From assembly GCA_028711115.1 (NCBI GenBank), contig JAQTSV010000001.1, positions 454,032-518,031 of the forward strand: 64,000 nucleotides of DNA. The letters run 5' to 3'. This DNA comes from Candidatus Omnitrophota bacterium. GTDB lineage: Bacteria > Omnitrophota > Gorgyraeia > Velamenicoccales > JABMQK01. Positions 46,424 through 55,973 of the stretch are shown here, piece after piece. The notes below the pieces were generated by a model. That model did not search any database. It was not told where the DNA came from and worked only from the letters and a program-made list of their open reading frames with translations. How positions within the stretch are numbered: position 1 is the stretch's first letter; every line of letters starts with the position of its first letter. The position numbers were made by a program, and so were the translations under genes.

Positions 46424-48106
46424 ATGCAGAAAAAATGGTCCATAAGAGAACCTAATCTGGAAGCTGTGGAAAATATCCAGAGAAGTCTGGGCCTCAATAA
46501 AGTTTTATCCCAGATTTTAGCCAATCGCGGTATAAAGACCGACAACCAGGCGCGGCGTTTTCTCAAATCCGATTTGGAGGATCTACATTCTCCTCTGGCG
46601 CTGAAAGATATGGACAAAGCCATAAGCCGCATAAAAAAGGCGATATCCGCAAAAGAAAAGATATTTATTTTTTCCGATTACGATGTCGACGGAATAACCT
46701 CCTGTGCGATATTGGAAAAAGAACTAAAGGAGCTGGGTGCGATTGTCTCGCATTACATTCCGCACCGCACCAAAGAAGGCTATGGCCTGAATCTTAATGC
46801 GGTTAAATTGGCGCACAAAGAAAACATTCAGCTATTCATTGCGCTGGACTGCGGAATTAAGAGTTTTAAGGAAGTGGAACTTCTTAATAAATATAAAATC
46901 GACACCATTATCGTTGACCACCACCGTCCGGAAGAAGATAAAATACCTTGCGCTTTTGCAGTTATAAATCCCAAGCAGAGAGATTGTTCTTATGAATTCA
47001 AGGATTTGGCGGCAGTAGGCCTGGTTTATAAATTAATCTGCGCATTACAAGGAAAAAACAGCGATAAATATCTGGATTTGGTTACTCTGGGTACAATCGC
47101 CGATGTTGTCCCGCTCGTTGATGAGAACCGCATTATTGTAAAAAAAGGACTGGAAGTTATTAACAACACTTCAAACTTTGGCATAAAGGCATTGATTGAG
47201 GCCAGCGGATTAAAAGATAAACAGATTAATCCCGGCAGCGTAAGTTTTATTCTGGCGCCGCGCATAAACGCCAGCGGCAGAGTGGACACCGCAGAGACTT
47301 CGTTAAGCCTTCTTTTGTCGCAGGACTATGACGAAGCCAGACAGCTTGCAGCACATCTTAATACGCACAACCGCCTGCGCCAGAAAATAGAAGAAGAGGT
47401 TTTAAGAGAGGCCCTGGAATTGGTGGATAAAATGCATTTTAAAGACTGCCACGTTATTGTCTTGGCCAAGGAAGGCTGGCATATCGGCGTGTTAGGCATT
47501 GTAGCTTCAAAAATTGCGGACAGATTTTTCAGGCCCACCATAATAATTTCGCTAAAAGACGGAGTGGGCAAAGGCTCGGGCCGTTCCATCCCGGGATTTC
47601 ATTTGTTCGACGCGCTTTTAAGTTGCAGCAAATATCTTAAGGATTTCGGCGGGCACAGCCATGCCGTGGGCTTAAGCATTGACAAGGATAAACTGGAAGA
47701 TTTCCAGAAAGATTTGGACAAAATAGCCGGCGAAAGATTTGAGCCGGATATGTTAAAGCCGGTTTTAGAAATCGACGCGCAATTGCCGCTTATGTTATTG
47801 AATCACGATTTGATAGGAGAGCTTCAGAAACTGGGACCGTTTGGCCTGGGAAATCCCCGTCCGTTATTCTGCTCGCATAATCTGACCATAAAATCAAACG
47901 CTGTTTTATTGGGCAGAGACACCATAAAATTCTGGGTCACAGACGAGGATTGCACTTACGAGGCAATCGGTTTCGGGCTGAGGGATTTTGCCCCTTATAT
48001 ATTGCCGTCCAAAAGAGTGGATTTGGCCTACAATTTGTCTCTGGACAACTGGCAGGATGCAAATTCCATACTTTTAGAGGTTAAGGATTTAAAGTTTGCT
48101 TCTTAG
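46424..48106 (+). CDS. recJ: single-stranded-DNA-specific exonuclease RecJ
   Basis: DHH motifs (SDYDVDGITS, LDCG, VDHH) and DHHA1 (GGHSHAVG). Confidence 0.9.
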   Translation: MQKKWSIREPNLEAVENIQRSLGLNKVLSQILANRGIKTDNQARRFLKSDLEDLHSPLALKDMDKAISRIKKAISAKEKIFIFSDYDVDGITSCAILEKELKELGAIVSHYIPHRTKEGYGLNLNAVKLAHKENIQLFIALDCGIKSFKEVELLNKYKIDTIIVDHHRPEEDKIPCAFAVINPKQRDCSYEFKDLAAVGLVYKLICALQGKNSDKYLDLVTLGTIADVVPLVDENRIIVKKGLEVINNTSNFGIKALIEASGLKDKQINPGSVSFILAPRINASGRVDTAETSLSLLLSQDYDEARQLAAHLNTHNRLRQKIEEEVLREALELVDKMHFKDCHVIVLAKEGWHIGVLGIVASKIADRFFRPTIIISLKDGVGKGSGRSIPGFHLFDALLSCSKYLKDFGGHSHAVGLSIDKDKLEDFQKDLDKIAGERFEPDMLKPVLEIDAQLPLMLLNHDLIGELQKLGPFGLGNPRPLFCSHNLTIKSNAVLLGRDTIKFWVTDEDCTYEAIGFGLRDFAPYILPSKRVDLAYNLSLDNWQDANSILLEVKDLKFAS

Positions 48107-48112
48107 CGGATT

Positions 48113-48358
48113 TTAGAGCGAAGTTTTCTTGACAGCTTTTATGGCTTTGTTTGCCTTGAGGCACTTTACGCAGATATAGATATACCTTCTGCCCTGAGGC
48201 GTCATAACTCTGATGCGCTGGATATTCGGCCGAAAGAAGCGGCGTGAGATGCCTACAATTTTCTTTCCTGCTCCGCCTTTTTTCTTGGCCATACCTCTGC
48301 GTTTGATGGAGCGGCCGGCAACCGGTATTTTACCGCAAACTGAACATATTCTTGACAT
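48113..48358 (-). CDS. rpmB: 50S ribosomal protein L28 (with a basic Gly/Lys insertion)
   Basis: MSRICSVCGK.PVAG...RRFFRPNIQ..RV. An extra MAKKKGGAGKKIVG segment is present relative to the usual roughly 60-78-aa forms. Confidence 0.8.
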   Translation of the reverse strand: MSRICSVCGKIPVAGRSIKRRGMAKKKGGAGKKIVGISRRFFRPNIQRIRVMTPQGRRYIYICVKCLKANKAIKAVKKTSL

Positions 48359-48415
48359 GATTTGCTCCTTGGAAATATTAAAAGTATACTTTAAAATAGG
48401 TTTTTGTCAAGTTAA

Positions 48416-48688
48416 ATGAAGAGAAAACACCTCCACAAATTTGATGCCGGTTTTGTATTTATGGAAATAATCTTTACGGCGGTAATAATCTTTATACTGT
48501 GTTATCTTTCCTTAAAAATTTATCTTAAGAAACCGTCTATGGATAAACCCGCGCAGGAAATTTTCTCGCAGGCCGGGATAAACACAACCAGCCAAAAAAC
48601 TATTTTGGACACGACCAAAGAGCGCATTAACGTTTTAAACAAACAGATATTGGGCCAGGAAAAACAGCTGGAGGATATAGCTAAATAA
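48416..48688 (+). CDS. small membrane protein with degenerate prepilin-like N-terminus (hypothetical)
   Basis: KFDAGFVFMEIIFTAVIIFIL resembles the G/F-x-x-x-E type IV pilin leader junction, but it is imperfect; 90 aa. Confidence 0.3.
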   Translation: MKRKHLHKFDAGFVFMEIIFTAVIIFILCYLSLKIYLKKPSMDKPAQEIFSQAGINTTSQKTILDTTKERINVLNKQILGQEKQLEDIAK

Positions 48689-49080
48689 TGGATATCACTC
48701 ATTCTCCTTTTGAGAATTTTCTAAAGATGTACGTCGCAGAGAAAGGCAAAGACTTCTGTAAAATAGGCCTTAGCCACAGAAAAGACCTTACCAATCCTCA
48801 CGGAATCTTTCACGGCGGAGTTATCGCCAGTATTGCCGATACAGCAGCAGTACAGTCGCTGCATATCTTATACCCCACAGGCGGGCCTTATTTTACGGTT
48901 TCGCTGAGCATTACCTATAAAAATCCTACTAGCGCCAAAGAGATTTTTGCCGAGGCAAGGTCCAGGCACTTAAGGTCTAAATTTTTTAAGACAGATGTTA
49001 CTATCACAGATTCGGATAATAAATTGATTGCCCAGGCAGAAGTGAAATCATTCCTGCCTAATTATAAACAGGATAAGTGA
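48688..49080 (+). CDS. PaaI-family hotdog-fold thioesterase
   Basis: NPHGIFHGGVIASIADTA motif; 130 aa. Confidence 0.7.
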   Translation: MDITHSPFENFLKMYVAEKGKDFCKIGLSHRKDLTNPHGIFHGGVIASIADTAAVQSLHILYPTGGPYFTVSLSITYKNPTSAKEIFAEARSRHLRSKFFKTDVTITDSDNKLIAQAEVKSFLPNYKQDK

Positions 49081-49098
49081 TTTTTTTCTGAAAATCTT

Positions 49099-49623
49099 AT
49101 GACGAAAATTGCAAAGAAAAGTTTAGGATTTTTATGCAAGAAGGCAATGGCGCTGGGCGCAAAGGATTGCAAGGTTATTAATACCTCAACAATAAAGACA
49201 GCCAGCTGGGTAAGGTATAAGTGCCAATTTGGCTGTGACGGGTTTGGAGAGACATTGACCTGTCCGCCGTATTCGCCCGCGCCTTTCGAAACTCAAAAAA
49301 TCTTAAACTGTTTTAAGAAGGCAGTGTTGATTTATTGCGAGGGCAGATCGAAAAAAGATATTTCGGATATTGCAGTCGAAATAGAAAAGCAGGCGTTTTT
49401 TGCGGGATATCATAAAGCCCTGGCAATGGGGGCAGGGCCTTGCAGATTGTGCCGCACTTGCGACACAACTGCGCTGTGCAAGAACGCTTATAAGGCGCGT
49501 CCGTCTATGGAGGCATGCGGAATAGACGTATTTACAACTGTGCGGCTGAATGGATTTAAAATTGAGACTTTGGATTCACCCCGCTGCAAGGCAAATTATT
49601 TTGCCTTGGTGCTCATTGAATAA
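49099..49623 (+). CDS. Cys-rich predicted metal-binding protein (DUF2284-like)
   Basis: CQFGCDGFGETLTCPPYSP and CRLCRTCD clusters; 174 aa. Confidence 0.5.
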   Translation: MTKIAKKSLGFLCKKAMALGAKDCKVINTSTIKTASWVRYKCQFGCDGFGETLTCPPYSPAPFETQKILNCFKKAVLIYCEGRSKKDISDIAVEIEKQAFFAGYHKALAMGAGPCRLCRTCDTTALCKNAYKARPSMEACGIDVFTTVRLNGFKIETLDSPRCKANYFALVLIE

Positions 49624-49682
49624 AGTCGATTCCAGTAAAAATTTTTGATATAATTAGAGATATTTAGAAAGAGGTCAGAATA

Positions 49683-51293
49683 ATGATTGATTCCAATAAA
49701 AAAAGGCACAGATTAAGAATAATTATCCCGGCGCACGCGGCGTTTAATATATATTCCTACATCGCCAGAGTAACCACGGCATTGGGGCCGGTAGCTGTGG
49801 CTACAGCTGTCAACGAAATGGAAGGCTGGGATGTAGAAGTCATTGACGAAAATAATTACCGCAGGCACGGCCCACGCACTGATGAAGGCCGCGTTGACCA
49901 CGAGTTTCTGCAGAATTTACGGCCTGCCGATGTGGTGGGATTTTACGGCGGATTAACCTCAACTGTGCCGCGCTTGTATGAGTTGACGCGTTTCTACAAA
50001 CAAAAAGGCTGTATCACTATTGCCGGCGGCCAGCATTTCTCAGATGAAAATGTTATTCCTGAGGCATTTGATTCCGGTATCGACTACCTTGTGTTAGGAG
50101 AAGGCGAAGAGGTGATAAAACACATATTGCGCGCGCTGGAAAATAAAGATGACTTAGGAAAAGTTAATGGCATTGCCTATCGCGTTGAGGGAAAAATTAT
50201 AAAAACTCCTGCGCAGCCGCAGATTGTGGATTTTGACAGGCTGCCTTTGCCTGATTTTTCACTGGTGCGCTACGCCAAAATCAGATTGTATCCTATCGGA
50301 AGAATCCGCGGATGCGGCATGGATTGCGAATTCTGCACGGTAAAAGGCAGGCCGCGCTGCGCTTCCCCCGAGCGCATAATTGCGCAAATCAGCTCTTTAG
50401 TCGAGACAAGGGACGCCAGGCACTTTTTTATCGTAGACGATTTGTTCGGCCAGCAGCGCGATGAGACTGTGCGTTTTTGCCATATGCTGCGTGATTATCA
50501 GCAAAAAATTTCCACGCGCCTGAATTTGTCCGTCCAGATTCGCCTGGATAAAGCCGGAGATTCCGAATTATTACTGGCTATGCGCCAGGCAGGCATAAAT
50601 TCAGTGGCTATCGGATACGAGTCGCCTATTGATGAAGAACTGGCAGCGATGAACAAGCGCCTCAAGGCGGAAGATATGGTTAAACTGACAAAGATATACC
50701 GCAAATTCGGATTTCTGGTGCACGGGATGTTTATTTTCGGTTACCCCAAACAGGAAGGCATAAATTTTCACATTTCTCCAAAGGAAAGAATAAGGCGTTA
50801 CAGGGAATTTATCAGAAAGGCAGGAATTGATACCATACAGGTATTATTGCCCATACCTTTGCCGGGCACGGAATTCCGCCAGAGGCTCAAACAGCAAAAC
50901 AGGATTTATCCTTTGGAATGCGTGGGCTGGCAGTATTACGACGGGAATTTTCCTTTATTTGAGCCGGACGAGCCTATGACCGCCGAAGAGCTGCAGGATT
51001 CCGTCAGGCAGATTATGGGAAGATTCTATCAGTTCCAGTATATATTTATGATTGCCTTAAATATTTTCTCGTTTACAACTATGATTTTTTACCTGCACGA
51101 CATACAGGAAGGCTGGAGGCGCTGGTATCGCAATTGGCGCAATCACCTGATACGTTTTATAGGCTGGCTTACCATAAAAGGCTGGATGAAATCATTTAAG
51201 AAAGATAATTTTCTGGAAAAGTTAGGCTTGGCAAAACAGCGCCTGAAGAAAAACCAGGACAGCCGTTCCTCAACACCGCAAAAGCCCGCATAA
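49683..51293 (+). CDS. class B (B12-binding domain) radical SAM enzyme with C-terminal hydrophobic segment
   Basis: B12-like N-terminal domain (GEGEEVI), GCGMDCEFC (CX3CX2C), and a C-terminal FMIALNIFSFTTMIFYL TM-like helix. Confidence 0.7.
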   Translation: MIDSNKKRHRLRIIIPAHAAFNIYSYIARVTTALGPVAVATAVNEMEGWDVEVIDENNYRRHGPRTDEGRVDHEFLQNLRPADVVGFYGGLTSTVPRLYELTRFYKQKGCITIAGGQHFSDENVIPEAFDSGIDYLVLGEGEEVIKHILRALENKDDLGKVNGIAYRVEGKIIKTPAQPQIVDFDRLPLPDFSLVRYAKIRLYPIGRIRGCGMDCEFCTVKGRPRCASPERIIAQISSLVETRDARHFFIVDDLFGQQRDETVRFCHMLRDYQQKISTRLNLSVQIRLDKAGDSELLLAMRQAGINSVAIGYESPIDEELAAMNKRLKAEDMVKLTKIYRKFGFLVHGMFIFGYPKQEGINFHISPKERIRRYREFIRKAGIDTIQVLLPIPLPGTEFRQRLKQQNRIYPLECVGWQYYDGNFPLFEPDEPMTAEELQDSVRQIMGRFYQFQYIFMIALNIFSFTTMIFYLHDIQEGWRRWYRNWRNHLIRFIGWLTIKGWMKSFKKDNFLEKLGLAKQRLKKNQDSRSSTPQKPA

Positions 51294-51435
51294 AAGATAT
51301 AAACAAGCAATTGTTGGAGAGGAAAAAGAGCTGGAGAGGTTGGAAAGATAAGTATATTTCAAAAAGGGACAGTTCCAGCAGAAGTATTTGATAGAATTAA
51401 AGATAGATAGAAACGGTCCAAAGGAATTTCTTATA

Positions 51436-52206
51436 ATGGCTATAACAGATTTCCAAAGTTTCGAGAAAAGAGTTGAAGAAACTCTTGATTGTTTATTTAA
51501 TGCGGCAAGAAAGGAGAACGAATTTGCATATATCTTCTCACTTTTAGGGATTAATTCTGGAATGGAAGATGCTGGGTGGCAACCAATAACAGAGACGTAT
51601 TCATTAATGAGAGATTTTGTGGCAATCGCTAATGCACCTTTTCATAAACATACAAAAGCTAGATTGTTATTACTTTGTTACACGCAAATTACAGAAGCTA
51701 ATTATCTTTATCACGTTATTTACAATATGCTTTTATCGATTGAAAATGAAATTTCTCCAAAAGTATTCAGTTTTTTGGATTTATATAAGAATGGTATTCC
51801 GCCGTCTGTTAAATCTAAGGTTAATATAATATGTGAAAAGTCAGAGAAACTCGGATATCAAAGAATCAAAGATTTGCTAGAGAATATATTTGATTATGGT
51901 ATCAGAAATGCAATATCTCATGCTGATTATATAATTTACAATGACGAATTACGCTTAAAACACAAAGGATTAGATATAAAAAAAATAAAATTAGACGATG
52001 TTTTTGATCTTGTCCAACGAACTATTATTTTCTTTGAAGTATTTTTCAAAGTCTCAGATGCCCATAAAAAATCTTATTCAGAAGGATATGTTATTAGCAA
52101 TCGAAAGAATAAAAAAGGGCAAAACTTGGCAAATATTATTTTAAAAGTAGATCCTGCGGTAGGTGTTATAGGGTTTCAACAATCTGATCCGTTACCAACT
52201 TGGTAA
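51436..52206 (+). CDS. hypothetical protein with HEPN-like RNxxxH motif
   Basis: YGIRNAISHADY (R codon 51904-51906, H codon 51919-51921) in a predicted all-helical protein. The gene is markedly AT-rich. The track ORF begins at a TTG at 51388, but the ATG at 51436 is more plausible. Confidence 0.45.
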   Translation: MAITDFQSFEKRVEETLDCLFNAARKENEFAYIFSLLGINSGMEDAGWQPITETYSLMRDFVAIANAPFHKHTKARLLLLCYTQITEANYLYHVIYNMLLSIENEISPKVFSFLDLYKNGIPPSVKSKVNIICEKSEKLGYQRIKDLLENIFDYGIRNAISHADYIIYNDELRLKHKGLDIKKIKLDDVFDLVQRTIIFFEVFFKVSDAHKKSYSEGYVISNRKNKKGQNLANIILKVDPAVGVIGFQQSDPLPTW

Positions 52207-52261
52207 CAAAGGATTTAAGAGGAGATTCCTTGAATTAATCTCAAAAACGTTTTCATAAAAT

Positions 52262-55174
52262 ATGGATAAGGATCTGACAAACGAAATTTTAAAAGGCGTA
52301 AATAAAGAACAAGCCGAAGCGATAACATATCAGGACGGGCCGCTGTTGATTATTGCCGGCGCGGGAACCGGAAAAACGACTGTAATCAGCCGGCGTATAG
52401 CCTGGCTTGTGGGAAGCGGCTTGGCGAAAATGGATGAAATACTCGCGCTGACATTTACCGACAAGGCAGCCGGCGAGATGACTGAGCGCGTGGATATTCT
52501 GCTTCCTTACGGTTACACAGACGTCTGGATTTCCACATTTCACGCATTCGGCGACAGAGTTCTTCGCGAAAGCGCTCTGGAGTTAGGGTTGAATCCTGAT
52601 TTTCAGGTTCTCACCAAACCCGAGGCAGCGATATTTTTCAAGGAACATTTGTTCGAATTTCCTTTGAAAATTTACCGGCCATTAAGCAATCCCACAAAAT
52701 TTATCGATACAATCCTTGTTTTATTCAGCCGTTTACGCGATGAGGATATTTCGCCTAAGGAATATCTTGATTACGCAAAAAAACTTGGCGATAAAGCTAA
52801 AGATGAAGCCGAAATCGAAAATGCCAAAAAACATCTGGAAGTTGCCTTAACTTATGAAAAATACACCGAGCTTCTGGATAAAGAAGGAAAGGTTGATTTT
52901 GCCAACCAGTTTTACCTGGCTTTGAAAATTCTCCGCGCTCATCCCAGTATCCTTAAAAGATACCAGAATCAATTCAAATATATTTTAGTGGATGAATTCC
53001 AGGATACGAATTACGCGCAGTTTCAATTATTGAAACTCCTGGCAGCCGGACACAAAAATATCTCGGTTGTCTCGGACGATGACCAGTGTATTTTCAGGTT
53101 CCGCGGCGCGGCTTACAGTAACATCCTGAATTTCATAAAAGAATATCCCAAGGCAAAACAGATTAGTTTAATCCAGAACTACCGCTCAACGCAGGTTATT
53201 TTGGATACCGCGTATACCTTAATCCAAAATAATAATCCCGAGCGTTTTGAGGTTAAGGCGGGAATCAATAAAAAACTCATAGGAATTTCTCCCAAAGGAA
53301 AGAAAGTCGAGCACCTACACTACGGAACAGTTTCTGATGAGGCTGACGGCGTAGCGGAAATTATCCAGGGCAAAGTAAAAAAAGGCGAATATGAATACGG
53401 CGACTTTGCAGTGCTTGTGCGTTCCAATAACGACGCTGACCCGTTTTTGCGCAGTCTGAATATGAAAGGAATTCCCTGGCGTTTCAGCGGAAACCAGGGT
53501 TTGTATTCGCGCGAAGAAGTGAGGATGTGTATTTCATTTTTGCGTGTCATAAATAATTTAAACGATTCCATAAATTTATATTATCTGGCTTCGTCGGAAA
53601 TTTACAAAATCCCTCTGGATGATCTGAGTTTCTGCATGCATTATTCTAAAAGGACAAATTACAGTTTGTATTTTGTGTTTAAATCCATAGAAACCATAAA
53701 AGAACTCGAGTGTGTGACCGATAAATCCAGGAAAATTATTCACAGAATAGTCAAGGACCTTGAGGATTATCTGGAATATTCGCGCATAAGCACGACAGGA
53801 AGATTATTATATAAATTTCTCACAGATTCGAATTATTTAAAGAACCTGGTTAAGGAAGAAACTTTGGGAAGCGAACAAAAGATAGAAAATCTGGCGAAGT
53901 TTTTTGATATGGTGAGGAAATTTGAGTATGTGGCGCGCGAGGACAGGTTGATTTATTTTATAAACCATCTGGATATGTTAATTGACGCCGGCGACGACCC
54001 GGCGACCGCTGAGGCGGATTTTGATGAGTCGGCGGTGAATGTTTTGACGATTCATAAAGCAAAGGGCCTGGAATTTCCGGTTGTATTTTTGGTGAGTTTG
54101 GTAAAAGGAAAATTCCCCTGGCCAAAACGCGGACAGGCAATCAGTTTTCCCGAAGAATTGATAAAGGATATTCCTCCTGTTGGTGATTTCCACATACAGG
54201 AAGAAAGGCGGCTCTTTTACGTGGGAATGACGCGCGCGAAAAAAGAATTATATTTTACTTCGGCTGCGGATTACGGAACCACGCGCATGCGCGAGATAAG
54301 TACATTTATTTTTGAGGCGCTGGGGATTTCCAAAGAAAATATTAAAGCGCTTAAATCCAGCGCAAAAGAGGCGATTGAAAGATTTTCGCCTGTAAAGGAA
54401 TCAGCTCAATCCAAGAAAAAAGAGATACCTGCTGATGAAATATTGGATTTAAGCGCATATAAACTTGATGATTACCTTACTTGCCCTTTAAAATATAAAT
54501 ACGTGCATATTTTACGCATACCAATTTTGGAGCACCACACAGTTTTATACGGCAGCGCAATACACGAAGCAGTGGAAAATTATTATAAACACAAAATGTT
54601 AAAAGAAAAAGTAAGTTTGGAACAGGTTGTTTCCTGGTTTGAAGACACGCTTAGGCCGCACGGATTTCTGACTATGGAACATTTCAAAGAGCGCCTTGAG
54701 CATGGCAAGAAAATGCTTGAAGAATTTTATAAGCGCGAAGAGAAATTAAATATAATCCCTGATTTTATCGAGAAAGAATTTTCTTTTATGGTCGATAATA
54801 ACCGCATCAAAGGCCGCTGGGACAGGATTGATACGCAAGACGGCGAGGCAGTGATTGTGGATTTTAAGTCATCTTCGGTGGATAGCCAGAAAGAGGCGGA
54901 TAAAAAAGCAAAGGATAACCAGCAGCTTTCGGTATACGCATTGGCGTATAAAGAAACTCAGGGGAAATTGCCTAAGCGCGTTGAACTTTATTTCGTGGAA
55001 TCGGGAATTGTCGGCTGTGCAGAAAAAGACGATGACGATTTTGATAAGTTACATTCCAACATAGAAACAGTATCGCAAGGCATACGCAAACAGGATTTCA
55101 AGCCAAAGCCAAATTATAATGCATGTTCCAACTGCGCCTTTAACCAGATTTGCCCGCATACAGCTTATAAATAA
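52262..55174 (+). CDS. UvrD/PcrA-type SF1 helicase fused to a C-terminal PD-(D/E)XK (AddB/Cas4-like, Fe-S) nuclease domain
   Basis: Walker A AGAGTGKT, DEFQDT, QNYRS and VGMTRAK helicase motifs. C-terminus: YLTCPLKY ... DRID ... VDFKSS ... QLSVYALAY ... CSNCAFNQIC (CX2CX5C). Confidence 0.8.
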   Translation: MDKDLTNEILKGVNKEQAEAITYQDGPLLIIAGAGTGKTTVISRRIAWLVGSGLAKMDEILALTFTDKAAGEMTERVDILLPYGYTDVWISTFHAFGDRVLRESALELGLNPDFQVLTKPEAAIFFKEHLFEFPLKIYRPLSNPTKFIDTILVLFSRLRDEDISPKEYLDYAKKLGDKAKDEAEIENAKKHLEVALTYEKYTELLDKEGKVDFANQFYLALKILRAHPSILKRYQNQFKYILVDEFQDTNYAQFQLLKLLAAGHKNISVVSDDDQCIFRFRGAAYSNILNFIKEYPKAKQISLIQNYRSTQVILDTAYTLIQNNNPERFEVKAGINKKLIGISPKGKKVEHLHYGTVSDEADGVAEIIQGKVKKGEYEYGDFAVLVRSNNDADPFLRSLNMKGIPWRFSGNQGLYSREEVRMCISFLRVINNLNDSINLYYLASSEIYKIPLDDLSFCMHYSKRTNYSLYFVFKSIETIKELECVTDKSRKIIHRIVKDLEDYLEYSRISTTGRLLYKFLTDSNYLKNLVKEETLGSEQKIENLAKFFDMVRKFEYVAREDRLIYFINHLDMLIDAGDDPATAEADFDESAVNVLTIHKAKGLEFPVVFLVSLVKGKFPWPKRGQAISFPEELIKDIPPVGDFHIQEERRLFYVGMTRAKKELYFTSAADYGTTRMREISTFIFEALGISKENIKALKSSAKEAIERFSPVKESAQSKKKEIPADEILDLSAYKLDDYLTCPLKYKYVHILRIPILEHHTVLYGSAIHEAVENYYKHKMLKEKVSLEQVVSWFEDTLRPHGFLTMEHFKERLEHGKKMLEEFYKREEKLNIIPDFIEKEFSFMVDNNRIKGRWDRIDTQDGEAVIVDFKSSSVDSQKEADKKAKDNQQLSVYALAYKETQGKLPKRVELYFVESGIVGCAEKDDDDFDKLHSNIETVSQGIRKQDFKPKPNYNACSNCAFNQICPHTAYK

Positions 55175-55228
55175 AGGAAAGAGTGGAATTTTTTTATTTA
55201 TTAGTTTAGAATAATTAATAGGTGCGAA

Positions 55229-55579
55229 ATGATAAAGACGATATTAGTCGCAGATGATGAATTAGAAATCAGCAGTTTTCTGAAAAAGGCTTTGGAGAGG
55301 AAACGCTGTGTTGTTTCTGTCGCCAGCGATGGCTTAAAGGCCAAGGAAATTTTAGACACGAAAAGCTTTGACGCCGTGCTCTTAGATTGCAGTATGCCGG
55401 GATTAACCGGGCCGGAGCTGATTAAAGTTATAAGGCAGAAAAGCCCCTTGGCTAAGATTATTATTTTTTCCGGTTATTCTGCGGTAGATGGCAAGCTCGC
55501 CCAGGATTTGGGCGCAGACGGATTTATGCAGAAGCCGCTGACTATCAAAATGATTGAACAAATGCTTAAATTAAAATGA
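55229..55579 (+). CDS. single-domain response regulator (CheY-like receiver)
   Basis: VADDE, phospho-acceptor context VLLDCSMPG, and a conserved K in MQKP; 116 aa with no output domain. Confidence 0.8.
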   Translation: MIKTILVADDELEISSFLKKALERKRCVVSVASDGLKAKEILDTKSFDAVLLDCSMPGLTGPELIKVIRQKSPLAKIIIFSGYSAVDGKLAQDLGADGFMQKPLTIKMIEQMLKLK

Positions 55580-55968
55580 AACCTATCCGCCAGAGAAATT
55601 TATTTCTGTGTTTGTTGCTGGGATTATTTATCTATGGCTGCAGCGCGCAGCTGAATACGCTCATTGAGGTTTCCCGGGAACAGGAATCGCAGAAAAAGTA
55701 TATGGAGATACAGAAACGAAAATACAATTTACTGCTTAAGCATGTAAAAGAAGGAAGAATAAAGAAAGGTTTAAACAAGGAAGAGGCATTCAGATTATAT
55801 GGCGAGCCGATTGCAATGAAAGAGATTGAACAAGGAAGTGTATTTATTTACCGTGATCCATCGGAATTTTTCCCAAGCCAGAAAGTGTTCCTTTATTTTG
55901 ATGAGCAGGGCATATTTGTGAATTCCGAAGTTGTTTCCACAAGTTTCAAAACCCAGCCGAATCAGTAA
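55576..55968 (+). CDS. lipoprotein, SmpA/OmlA (BamE)-like (tentative)
   Basis: Lipobox LFIYGCSA. The pattern KKGLNKEEAFRLYGEP....IYRD resembles BamE-type domains. ATGA overlap with the receiver gene. Confidence 0.35.
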   Translation: MKPIRQRNLFLCLLLGLFIYGCSAQLNTLIEVSREQESQKKYMEIQKRKYNLLLKHVKEGRIKKGLNKEEAFRLYGEPIAMKEIEQGSVFIYRDPSEFFPSQKVFLYFDEQGIFVNSEVVSTSFKTQPNQ

Positions 55969-55973
55969 TCCAA

